The position numbers and the translations under genes were made by a program. DNA of 52,850 nt from a virus (Duplodnaviria; Caudoviricetes), in the IMG/VR virus record IMGVR_UViG_3300020198_000024, positions 1-52,850 of that record. One strand, 5' to 3'. This document shows positions 19,612-28,650 of the stretch, in pieces (positions within the stretch are counted from its first letter, which is position 1; every line of letters starts with the position of its first letter). The notes under the pieces are model-generated. The model did no database searches. It was given only the letters and a program-made list of their open reading frames with translations, and was not told where the DNA came from.

Positions 19612-20574
19612 TTAAGAAGCTACTTCTATATCATCCCCAAAAACTTCTTCTTTTAACTTGTCTAATTCATCTTGGGAAGACTTGAAATAAGTTCTTAGGC
19701 CGTTAATTCCCTGGGTTGTTTGTCCCTTAAACTTGTACCATGCCCCACTCTTTTCAATAAGCCCAAGTTCAATAGCTTTTCTAATAATTAATTCCATAAT
19801 ATCGAATCCACCGACGACCTTAAATGGAACGATTATATCGTCCCAAGCTTCTCCCCCAACTTTTGTCTTTTTCATCGATATTTTCATATCAAATCCAATC
19901 TTCTGCTTGTCTTCTTCAATCCAACCATCTCGACGAACCTGAAGAATCATATGAGCAAAATATGTTTGTCCAATTCCTCCTGGCATGTTATCCAATGCAA
20001 CTGGACCCATCGAAGACCTATTCTGATTAATGATAATTAGAGCAGATCCATGCTTTAAATGTCCCATTAATTTTGGCAACGCTGAATTAATAAATCTTGC
20101 TTGCCAAGCCATTGGGTTGTATCCGAATTTTTCATCCATGACTGAAGCAGGAACAAGACCTGCTATAGAATCTAACACAACGACAGGAACTCCCTTATCT
20201 AGAAGATAAACGGCAGTATCCATAGCTGTTTCACCTGTATAGCTTTGATGTACAGCAACAAGGTCTGTATCTACTCCACACTTTTTAACCCAATCTGGGT
20301 CCCAGGACATTTCAGCGTCTATCCAACCGGCTATTCCACCCCTTTGCTGGGCATTTTTAATTGCTTGCAAAGCAAGATATGATTTGCCAGAATTTGTTGG
20401 GCCAGTTAACAATGTAATTCTCTTGGTCGGTATTCCACCACCAATAAGTTTATCAAGAGGTGCTATACCAAAGGGAATCCTTGAATATTTTAGTTCTTCG
20501 CTTGAGCCAAGTTCAAGATCTTTCATTCCCTCGACAATATCTTGAATTGCTTCTTGTTGTGTTTTAGGAACCAT
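19612..20574 (-). CDS. recA: RecA-like recombinase
   Basis: GGGIP, GPTNSGKS, IDAE, VLDSIA, QAR, INQ, KSGAWY. Confidence 0.93.
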   Translation of the reverse strand: MVPKTQQEAIQDIVEGMKDLELGSSEELKYSRIPFGIAPLDKLIGGGIPTKRITLLTGPTNSGKSYLALQAIKNAQQRGGIAGWIDAEMSWDPDWVKKCGVDTDLVAVHQSYTGETAMDTAVYLLDKGVPVVVLDSIAGLVPASVMDEKFGYNPMAWQARFINSALPKLMGHLKHGSALIIINQNRSSMGPVALDNMPGGIGQTYFAHMILQVRRDGWIEEDKQKIGFDMKISMKKTKVGGEAWDDIIVPFKVVGGFDIMELIIRKAIELGLIEKSGAWYKFKGQTTQGINGLRTYFKSSQDELDKLKEEVFGDDIEVAS

Positions 20575-20809
20575 TGTCTTTTTCCAGTTTTGGATTAGTC
20601 ATTGCTTGGATTTTTGTAATTTCCAAATCAATTGCCTTAAGTACAAATGGCCATACTGCATTCACAGCTATCTTCGCACTGTCTAGTTGTGGTTCAATTG
20701 GAAGATCAGTATTGATATCACGAACAGTTACATCAACTCTCGCATATTGATTTGACTCAACTGGTCCAACACGTACTGTCATTCCTAAATGTTGATCAAT
20801 TGTGGGCAT
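20564..20809 (-). CDS. hypothetical protein
   Basis: ORF with AAGGAG RBS. Confidence 0.7.
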   Translation of the reverse strand: MPTIDQHLGMTVRVGPVESNQYARVDVTVRDINTDLPIEPQLDSAKIAVNAVWPFVLKAIDLEITKIQAMTNPKLEKDNGS

Positions 20810-20894
20810 AATTACATCTCCTTAATGTTGTTAAGTCGTAAATGATTATATAAATGATTATATGATTCAGTATTCCACTAATAAGCATTTAGGA

Positions 20895-22841
20895 CTAAGA
20901 AGTTTTGTCATTTTTCTCCTTAAATTTATGCTTATGCGCTACACTGGGATGGTACACTGAAATATCAGTTGGAAGATAGACACCTAATTCTTGATTTTCC
21001 ATCAACTTCTTAATTGAATAAAGAATGTCTGGGGCCTCTTTATCATCCACTTCATACACCAACTCATCGTGAATATTATTGACGATTTTGGTCGATTGTT
21101 TCAGTAAAAATTCATCAACATCATTCAGGCGATGACATACATATTCTCCAGCCGTTCCCTGGGTTAAGTAGTTAATCAGTAGATACGCCTTGTCTGGAGT
21201 TACACTGTATCTTCTTCCATATCGATTATGAACATAACCTCGATTTGTGACGCGCTTTTCAATCAATTTTGAAAATACTTTAGCTTCTGGGATCTGCGAA
21301 AAATAGATGTCCCTAAACTCTCGTGTTTCATCAATTGATTTGTCAATCTGGTTCGCGAGTTTCTTGATTCCGATTCCATAAATCAAACCAAAGTTAATTG
21401 CTTTAGCTAATGATCGATAGAAATCAAAGCGCTTGTCATCTTGCTTCAAACCCCAAACAGTTTCAACAACCCAATTATGCGCATCCCATCCCTCCCGATT
21501 AACCATTTCGGTAATCTTTGGATTGTTCAAATACGAATAGAAGATTCTCATTTCAATTTGAGAATAGTCAAATCCTATTAACGTTCTTCCTGGATCAGTA
21601 ATGAACGCTCTTCGCACTGAAATATGCTTAGATTCATCAAAATCTTCTGTTAAATGGGAAATCCAGCTCATAAAGGATCCAGTCGCCCCACCCACATTAG
21701 ATGTTTTCTTGGCTCCCATTAAATTCTTAACCATTTCAGCGGTAGCAGAATCAATAGTAATATCATCACTAAAGGTCATTTTTAGCTTAGGAATATTTTG
21801 CGTGTTAGGCTCCGCTCCAGCAAGCCTTCCAGTAACAGTTCCCCAATTCTTAAATACTGGATGAATTCGATCATTCGAATCTACCATGTTAAGGTAAGGG
21901 TCAAAATACGTATTCTTCATCTTTTGCAGGCTTCTAAGCTCTCTAACCAACGACGCAACCGGATGATCAATTACGAGTAAGGCATTTTCTGCCCAACTGT
22001 CTGCCCCAGTTTTTGTTTTGACTGACGATGCAACACCCAGTTCCTTGAATAGCTTCGATAAATCTCTAGATGCGTTGTAATTCAAATCAAGATTGACCAC
22101 CGCCTTAATGTCTGATTCAATTTTAGCACATCTAGTATCGATTTGACCTATCGCTGTTTTACAATAGTTGGTGTCAATTTTAATTCCGAAATCTTCCATT
22201 CTAAATAATGAGGCAGTCAAGCGCTGCTGATACTTCCATAAATCAGATAGCCCTCTACTAGTGATTCTCTTTGAGAGTAAATCATAGATAAGAGCCTCTG
22301 ACCTAACATCATTCATACAATAAATAGCTAGATTTCGCTCTCCGGCAGCATTAAACTTCTTCTTTACTCCAATTAGCTTTTTGAACTCAAAATCATAGAG
22401 TGCTGCAGATGGGGATATAAAACGGGCCAACAGATCCGTCAATGAGAGGTCTGGAAATCGATCATAGATGCATAATCTAGCTAAAACTAGATCATCAGAC
22501 AAAGTCTGCTTAATTGTTGGCTTAAAGCCATTATTACTTAATCCGCCAAGGTCGAATTTGATATTTTGACCGACAAGTTCTGGTACTGTATTTAGAGCGT
22601 TCCACAGATCTTGCTTATGATTCTTCCATCTGTCAAAGCTAACCCAAAACTGGTGATCGAGATTTCCAATTCCAACTCCAATAATTTTGTCTGAGCGTCG
22701 AACATCTAATCCGGTCGTTTCAATATCAACTACAACCCATGGAGACTGCTTAATAAATGCTAAGAGAGCCGCAAAGTCTTCCGGAGTTTCTACCATCGTC
22801 ATGGATGGTCTGTAAAACGATTCCATATCATAACCTTTCAA
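20895..22841 (-). CDS. polA: family A DNA polymerase with 3'-5' exonuclease domain
   Basis: DIETTG, NIKFD, YCMND (exo); TGRL, DYSQIEMR, KAINFGLIYG, IHDEL. Confidence 0.95.
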   Translation of the reverse strand: MKGYDMESFYRPSMTMVETPEDFAALLAFIKQSPWVVVDIETTGLDVRRSDKIIGVGIGNLDHQFWVSFDRWKNHKQDLWNALNTVPELVGQNIKFDLGGLSNNGFKPTIKQTLSDDLVLARLCIYDRFPDLSLTDLLARFISPSAALYDFEFKKLIGVKKKFNAAGERNLAIYCMNDVRSEALIYDLLSKRITSRGLSDLWKYQQRLTASLFRMEDFGIKIDTNYCKTAIGQIDTRCAKIESDIKAVVNLDLNYNASRDLSKLFKELGVASSVKTKTGADSWAENALLVIDHPVASLVRELRSLQKMKNTYFDPYLNMVDSNDRIHPVFKNWGTVTGRLAGAEPNTQNIPKLKMTFSDDITIDSATAEMVKNLMGAKKTSNVGGATGSFMSWISHLTEDFDESKHISVRRAFITDPGRTLIGFDYSQIEMRIFYSYLNNPKITEMVNREGWDAHNWVVETVWGLKQDDKRFDFYRSLAKAINFGLIYGIGIKKLANQIDKSIDETREFRDIYFSQIPEAKVFSKLIEKRVTNRGYVHNRYGRRYSVTPDKAYLLINYLTQGTAGEYVCHRLNDVDEFLLKQSTKIVNNIHDELVYEVDDKEAPDILYSIKKLMENQELGVYLPTDISVYHPSVAHKHKFKEKNDKTS

Positions 22842-23937
22842 TGATCGAATCTACAAAATTGATTGAAGAAAAAATGTTTGTAGATTGTTGGATAATTTGA
22901 TTTCTGAGATCTTCTCGTAATTCCTTATGATAATATATGTCGTTTGACATTAGTTTAGACAGTTCTTGCCACGAGTCAACAATCAATTGCTCAGGTAGGA
23001 CATTTTCAATTCCTCGATGTTCTTTAAAGCCAACAGGAATTGTGCCAAATAAGATTGCTTCTAACAGTCTAGCCGTAATAAATCCTGTATCAAAATATGA
23101 CTGCTTAGCCAATAGTGGGCAAAAAGCGGCCGATTGATAAATCGATCTAAAGTGAGAATGAGTTACTCTGTGATGAAACGAGATTCCAGGCCATTGTTCG
23201 ACGCATCCGCGGTACTTTTCTTCTAACCAGTTCCCATAAAAATGGATCTGCTTATTATGTCCACTTTGTAGAGGAGATATGTATCTTTCAATTATATCAT
23301 CTCGCTCGTATCTCGATCCTATGTACACAAGCTGGTTATTTCGATCGGGATCAATCATAGGAAATTGCTTGAGATCATCCATATCGAATGGGATGCCGAC
23401 CGAGATTCGGTCCATTGCCTGATGCTTTGGAAAAAATGCAGTCTCCAAAATACCCTTAAAGTTATACCTAACTTCATCATCAAGATCTAACTTATGATCT
23501 AAGTCAATACAGAATACCGGAACAGAATATTCTCTTGCCAACGTTAACACCCAGTTTTGAATAGTCAAGTCTGGATCGGTCTTTGCGGGCCCAAAATTTC
23601 TATATGTTGGGAATCTCCACTCCAGCAAGATAAGATCTAAGCTTGGAATAGTTGAGCGTAAATATTCTAACCAATTGACCGAAGGCTTAATCAATCCTTG
23701 GTATGCCGAAGCACGTTTACCAGCTGAAAATGCCACAAACAGGCTGTTTCCCAATAAGTCCCAACCAGGCTTGTCTCTATCTGGCATCAAGGAATATACA
23801 GTATGACCTCGTTTCTGAAACTCATGAATAATGCTCCAAGAATAAAAAGCATTTCCATCTGGAGAACTCATTTTAAATCCGTCAGAATCGAACTTATAAT
23901 CTCCTAAAAATCCGTAGAACTGATATCCAATTTTCAT
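22828..23937 (-). CDS. GT-B glycosyltransferase, T4 beta-glucosyltransferase-like (putative DNA glycosyltransferase)
   Basis: LVYIGSRYER, IHFYGNW and SYFDTGFITARLLEA parallel T4 BGT VIYGGSFR, FFGN and NFITLRVWE; operon context. Confidence 0.75.
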   Translation of the reverse strand: MKIGYQFYGFLGDYKFDSDGFKMSSPDGNAFYSWSIIHEFQKRGHTVYSLMPDRDKPGWDLLGNSLFVAFSAGKRASAYQGLIKPSVNWLEYLRSTIPSLDLILLEWRFPTYRNFGPAKTDPDLTIQNWVLTLAREYSVPVFCIDLDHKLDLDDEVRYNFKGILETAFFPKHQAMDRISVGIPFDMDDLKQFPMIDPDRNNQLVYIGSRYERDDIIERYISPLQSGHNKQIHFYGNWLEEKYRGCVEQWPGISFHHRVTHSHFRSIYQSAAFCPLLAKQSYFDTGFITARLLEAILFGTIPVGFKEHRGIENVLPEQLIVDSWQELSKLMSNDIYYHKELREDLRNQIIQQSTNIFSSINFVDSIIERL

Positions 23938-24686
23938 ATTACATTCTCCAACTGCATTCTTAAATGTGTTGCATAGCCGTCTGGAGTTGGCCTACGATTT
24001 TGCGCTAAATAAAAGGAAGGATGCATTACGGGAATGACAGGACACTTAATGTCTTTGAAGTTAGATAAAAATGAGCCGACACTAACACCCAACGCAATTA
24101 TGAGCTTTGGATTTAGAAGCTCAAATTCTTCCGCCAAATACCCATAGCATTCGTTAAACTCTTTGGACTTACCAGCACGATTGTTTGGGAATGAACACTT
24201 CATCAAATTTGTAAACCAACAATTTTGAATCAGTTTCATTGAATACAGCACATCTCGGATCAAATGCGAGGTCGGACCATAAACTAAAACCCTGTCAAAC
24301 CTTTCGATTTCACCATTTCCGACCCCTGGAGCCTCCCCGACCACCATAACCTCAGGATTTAAATTACCAACCCCTTCTGTGTGTCTGTAAACCATAAACG
24401 GACATTTTCGACAGGTATCAGATCTCCATAGAGTAGACAATTTGGTTCTAGCAGAATTTACGTGGTTAGATTGAACCCATGGAAGAGACGTGTACTTAAA
24501 CACCCCGAGATATGCATCAGGCTTATCAATCTCGATAAACGCAGTTTTATTCCACGCAATATTGTTCTCAAACTTAATCAAAGCATCTTGAGCGACCCAA
24601 CCATATTGAATGCATTGGTTAACTAGTCGATCCCAACCATCAACCATATCTTGTTCAATCCCATGCAATTTAATCAAACAGCCCAA
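23934..24686 (-). CDS. uracil-DNA glycosylase superfamily protein (family 4-like) with N-terminal extension
   Basis: CRKC, VGEAPG, TNLMKC, EC, IALG, HPS. Confidence 0.85.
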   Translation of the reverse strand: MGCLIKLHGIEQDMVDGWDRLVNQCIQYGWVAQDALIKFENNIAWNKTAFIEIDKPDAYLGVFKYTSLPWVQSNHVNSARTKLSTLWRSDTCRKCPFMVYRHTEGVGNLNPEVMVVGEAPGVGNGEIERFDRVLVYGPTSHLIRDVLYSMKLIQNCWFTNLMKCSFPNNRAGKSKEFNECYGYLAEEFELLNPKLIIALGVSVGSFLSNFKDIKCPVIPVMHPSFYLAQNRRPTPDGYATHLRMQLENVI

Positions 24687-25638
24687 CCCATTCTTTCATC
24701 GCGTCTGATAAAACGGCGAAATAATTAGAAGAATACTCAAATTGTCGTACACCGTCTGCTAACTCGATATAAAGTTCCTTAACCGTAGTTTTTGTCAATG
24801 GGATTTGGTCCACATGACGCCAAAACTTTTCGTGTACTCCAATACCCTTTGCTTCTTTGATTAGATTTGAGTATACATTACTGGCCCTAGAATGATAGAC
24901 CGTCGGGAAACCAGTTATGATAGACCATCCCATTTTGTCACATACACGCTTAACGAATAATCCAGCCCAGATGTCGTCAAACCTGTCAAACTCATAGAAC
25001 TTTCCTTGAAGCAAGAAATACATTGCTGGAGCAATATCTCTAGTAAACGCCAAGTTCATTCCGCACATTGGAAAATACGATCCGGTAGGAATTATTCTAG
25101 TCACCACCTCTTGACGATTAACCGTAGGAAGATCCGTATTTAATGCAAGTTGTGTTGGAGCATCATGATCAGCTACATTTTCCCATAATCCATGACTAAC
25201 GTGGACAGGGGAAGTCGCTCGTATGTCGTATGGATAACCGCGTGTTCTGAAGTTACACGACGATACCCAGCCAGGATCAGCCTTGTAGCTTAGATTCTTG
25301 ATATGGGTCGCAACAAACTTATCAGACCCAGGCAAGCAATCGTCGTCGATTGTCAAAATATAGTCAGCCCCGTCCTTATATGCTTTCCAGTACCCAAAAC
25401 TTCTAATACTGGCATTAAAGTGAGGAATGACCCACGCCTTTTTCTGAAGATGCATGGTAATTTCGTTTCTCGAAAAGATTTCAATATTTGACCAATTCGG
25501 TATCCCGATTTCTCTAGTGTCATGATCTTCACAAACATATATTCTGATGTTGGGGTCGTTAAACTCATGAGACCAAGAAGAAAGAAAATCTAGATTTCTA
25601 ATTGTCGGGATAACCAGAGCGACATTTGAACTACTCAT
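24670..25638 (-). CDS. reversibly glycosylated polypeptide / UDP-arabinopyranose mutase family (GT75)
   Basis: VIPTIRNLDFL, TIDDDC, HIKNL, RGYP, SHGLW..DHDAPTQL, FPMCGMNLAF, PAMYF, DDIWAG, HSRASN: colinear match to plant RGP/UAM. Start refined to MSSSN at 25638. Confidence 0.92.
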   Translation of the reverse strand: MSSSNVALVIPTIRNLDFLSSWSHEFNDPNIRIYVCEDHDTREIGIPNWSNIEIFSRNEITMHLQKKAWVIPHFNASIRSFGYWKAYKDGADYILTIDDDCLPGSDKFVATHIKNLSYKADPGWVSSCNFRTRGYPYDIRATSPVHVSHGLWENVADHDAPTQLALNTDLPTVNRQEVVTRIIPTGSYFPMCGMNLAFTRDIAPAMYFLLQGKFYEFDRFDDIWAGLFVKRVCDKMGWSIITGFPTVYHSRASNVYSNLIKEAKGIGVHEKFWRHVDQIPLTKTTVKELYIELADGVRQFEYSSNYFAVLSDAMKEWVGLFD

Positions 25639-25639
25639 T

Positions 25640-26131
25640 TTATAGGCCTTTCTTGCTAAGATCACTAAATAGATTTGTGACAACTTCAACTTCATTAAGA
25701 GATGGATTGTCTTTAGTCAGTCGAACGATCGTCGACTCATCTCTGATTAACCAGTCATATACTCCACGCATTGCCGCGAGATCAATGTTTGAATATGAAG
25801 AATGCGTTTGTATCGGATTATATGAATGCATGTAGATAAGAATATATTGATGATGCTTCATCAACAATTCTCTAAGTCTAAAAAACTCTTCCGTAACATC
25901 TAGATTATGTCGAACTTTAGAGAAAACGACGTCGGACCAAATGAATCGATCAAAGATCGTATCTTGAGAAAGCTGCTTGATTATATCTTCATTTTCTGGA
26001 TGAAATGATGGAAGAGCTTGAATGTTCTTTGGTCTTGCAAAAACAGACAACTGTGTTTGCTTCACTAAGCGGTTGATTAAAGTGCTTTTGCCTGATCCAG
26101 GAATACCTTCTACGATGATTAGGTTAGCCAT
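25640..26131 (-). CDS. dNMP (thymidylate-type) kinase
   Basis: IIVEGIPGSGKST P-loop, IFDRFIWSD; start refined to MANL at 26131. Confidence 0.85.
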   Translation of the reverse strand: MANLIIVEGIPGSGKSTLINRLVKQTQLSVFARPKNIQALPSFHPENEDIIKQLSQDTIFDRFIWSDVVFSKVRHNLDVTEEFFRLRELLMKHHQYILIYMHSYNPIQTHSSYSNIDLAAMRGVYDWLIRDESTIVRLTKDNPSLNEVEVVTNLFSDLSKKGL

Positions 26132-26507
26132 TTCGTAAAGCCTTAAAGTCAGAGAATTTCTTGCGCACAACGGAGGATTTCATAGTATACATGTCGACGA
26201 GGTCTTGTGGTCTCATCCCACAAATATGCATCAATCCCCAAATGAACTTTTGCACATCTATCAATTCCTCTTGCAAAGCAGGATAATCAATTTTACCAGC
26301 ATTGATTACATGAACTTTCCAATCTGCCGTATCAAGAACCTCGCTAACTTCTCTATGCAAACTTAGGACATAATGGCGAATCATGCCGATCATTTCGGCC
26401 GTCGTTAGATCTTTAATTGGCTTATTTAAAATTGTCTGAATGAAATCATCAGTAAAATCGGCTTGATCTACAAAACAATCAGTTAAGTTTTTCATGTATT
26501 TCTCCAA
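26124..26507 (-). CDS. all-alpha dimeric dUTPase/dCTPase (T4 gp56-like)
   Basis: REVSEVL..WK.H..EELIDVQKF. Confidence 0.8.
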   Translation of the reverse strand: MEKYMKNLTDCFVDQADFTDDFIQTILNKPIKDLTTAEMIGMIRHYVLSLHREVSEVLDTADWKVHVINAGKIDYPALQEELIDVQKFIWGLMHICGMRPQDLVDMYTMKSSVVRKKFSDFKALRNG

Positions 26508-27454
26508 AGCTTCAACAACCTCTGTAATACTGGATCAGATATTGAATCTATATCGCATAAGTCAAGCTTACTCCCAACAATAAGTATAAAGTCATTCCAG
26601 GGATACTCTAATCCAGTCGAGGTCGGTAGTTTTCGATCCCGAACTAAATCTACGTATTGATTGGCGATAGTCGTCAATTTTGGATCACCCAAAATAAGAT
26701 TCGACTCAAATGAATTCATTTCAGTCAGCCTGACGCTGTAATCATATGAATTTTGATGATATTCATTAACGATAGCCCTTAGCTGATCTTCTGAACGCAT
26801 ATATACATGACAATTTGACATAAAATGGCGATATTCCCCGAGTCCAACCCCTAAAGAATTAGCCATTAGTTCTTGAAATAGCGTCCAGTGAAAAATATCG
26901 TATGGGAAACCCCATAGCATATCTTGAGATCTAATAAATACAGACAAATCAAGAACCGGTAGCGAATGCTCCCCCACCTTGCGAACAGTGAACTGCAGAA
27001 CCTGGTTACAGGGAAAATCCTTTGTGTTTGCAACTAAATCAGTTTCTCTACCTATATTGATGACAGCATTTCTAGAAAATAGATTCTTTCGAAGGATTTC
27101 TCTAGCAACAAACAGCTGATTCCCAATTCTAGGTCCATATGCCCCAAAGAGAGTTTTCCCATCATCGCTAAATGTAGCCATGCGCTTATTTAGCGGAGCA
27201 ATAAGATCAACGCTACTGTCCTGCGTGATAATCCATAATGCTTCTGCCGCCAAAAAATAGGGAGAAAGTTTTCTTGACTTGTTTATAACGATTCTAGTCC
27301 GGGGATTCTTAAGAACAAAAACCCCAAAATCTTCTCTCATACGCTCTGATTTTCTCTCGATATCAACCACTGAAGAAAACTTCGAGTCAGTCAGTAGGTG
27401 ATCAATGATCTTTGCGTAGCCCTCGTCCATTGTAGAAGTTTTAACTTGAAACAT
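26492..27454 (-). CDS. thymidylate synthase homologue, dCMP hydroxymethylase/hydroxylase type
   Basis: EALW, FSDDG, GAYGPR, SRNAV, DFPCN, RSQDMLWGFPYD, HVY. Asp at the E. coli ThyA N177 position. Start refined to MFQV. Confidence 0.85.
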   Translation of the reverse strand: MFQVKTSTMDEGYAKIIDHLLTDSKFSSVVDIERKSERMREDFGVFVLKNPRTRIVINKSRKLSPYFLAAEALWIITQDSSVDLIAPLNKRMATFSDDGKTLFGAYGPRIGNQLFVAREILRKNLFSRNAVINIGRETDLVANTKDFPCNQVLQFTVRKVGEHSLPVLDLSVFIRSQDMLWGFPYDIFHWTLFQELMANSLGVGLGEYRHFMSNCHVYMRSEDQLRAIVNEYHQNSYDYSVRLTEMNSFESNLILGDPKLTTIANQYVDLVRDRKLPTSTGLEYPWNDFILIVGSKLDLCDIDSISDPVLQRLLKLWRNT

Positions 27455-27884
27455 CTTTAACCACCAATTCAATTCCAGCTTGCTGAAACAATGATTCTAC
27501 AGAGCGGTGTGCGTACCACACGCGGACAACAACTCGTTTGATGTCAGAATTGCAAATTACCTTTGTGCAATGAATGCATGGGGTACATTGAGTATACAGG
27601 GTCAATGGTTCTTTGTAAGAACGACCGGCTAGTTGCAAGAAAGCATTTAGTTCAGCATGAACAGCGATGCAATCTTCCAATCCCTCTCCTGATGGATAAT
27701 TTTCTCCACCACAAGGAGCGTCAATACAATGACTAAACCCTCGAGGAACTCCATTATAACCTATGCTAGCAATATGATTCTTTGCATCTACAATCACGCA
27801 TCCGACAGACCTTCTTTTGCAAGTCGATCTGTCAGATGCAGTATCAGCAATGTTAAGAAAATAAGAGTCCCAGTCCGGACGCAT
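27441..27884 (-). CDS. dCMP deaminase
   Basis: RPDWDSYF, RSTC, GYNG, HAELNA, PCIHC. Confidence 0.93.
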   Translation of the reverse strand: MRPDWDSYFLNIADTASDRSTCKRRSVGCVIVDAKNHIASIGYNGVPRGFSHCIDAPCGGENYPSGEGLEDCIAVHAELNAFLQLAGRSYKEPLTLYTQCTPCIHCTKVICNSDIKRVVVRVWYAHRSVESLFQQAGIELVVKDVSS

Positions 27885-28649
27885 TTAGAATAGCTTACTT
27901 TCTGCTTCGTCATCACCGCTAGAAGAAGACATTCCTCCAAAAATCTCATTATCGTCGTCTGACGACAATGAAACTGGAACTACTGTCTGTTTTGAAAGTT
28001 TTGTCTCAGCTTGATTCTTGAAAAAGTCAATAACAGTCGGCAAAGTCTTTTTCTTTTCAATAATATTATTTGGCAAGACGGAATCTGATGATTGAGTCAA
28101 AATCTGATATAGTGTGTCTGTCTGTCCAACTCCAGTTCTCTTGATTCGCACAACTTTCTTATCCAAAGAACCCATCTCCTGGAAAATATCTACTAAGAAA
28201 TTCCAAAGATAATCCTTCTGTCCAAATCCCTGACTAAACATCATAATGTCTTCGACTTTTTCTCGATAAATAGTTTGGCCACCAGCCGTCTTCTCAGCGG
28301 TCCAAGAATTTTCTTTATTCTGATTTGAATGATCGATATAGTGTACGTATGCCCAAAATCCAAATTTATGCTTTGGTCTGTTGCCATTGTCGCAAAATTC
28401 ACAAGAAGTTCCTTCGTGCTTATTCTTGCAAAGAATATCTATAAAATACTTCTTTCCAGAAGATGCAACTTTCTCTAATCCGTGTATATACACCGCACCT
28501 AGAAGATCGTCTCCTTCTTTTCCAGTGGCAAGTATAGATACATAAGCTTGATCCTTATCCTTAAGCCAAAGATTTTTAGGACCATCATTGAATGATTCTC
28601 TATTAACTTTATTTTGTTCCCTTGTTTGATTAATTGACGAAATTCCCAT
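27885..28649 (-). CDS. single-stranded DNA-binding protein (gp32-like)
   Basis: C..CEFC Zn site, IKRTG.G.TDT.Y, acidic C-terminal tail ending in F; next to primase. Confidence 0.7.
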   Translation of the reverse strand: MGISSINQTREQNKVNRESFNDGPKNLWLKDKDQAYVSILATGKEGDDLLGAVYIHGLEKVASSGKKYFIDILCKNKHEGTSCEFCDNGNRPKHKFGFWAYVHYIDHSNQNKENSWTAEKTAGGQTIYREKVEDIMMFSQGFGQKDYLWNFLVDIFQEMGSLDKKVVRIKRTGVGQTDTLYQILTQSSDSVLPNNIIEKKKTLPTVIDFFKNQAETKLSKQTVVPVSLSSDDDNEIFGGMSSSSGDDEAESKLF

Positions 28650-28650
28650 G

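Noticed and set aside
11721-22841. Inteins or introns in NrdJ, TerL, RecA, PolA
   Set aside because: ORFs are continuous and of normal size, with no C...HN-C/S/T intein junctions or homing endonuclease motifs seen.
26492-27454. Ordinary thyA
   Set aside because: Asp at the N177-equivalent position and operon context favour a dCMP-modifying enzyme.
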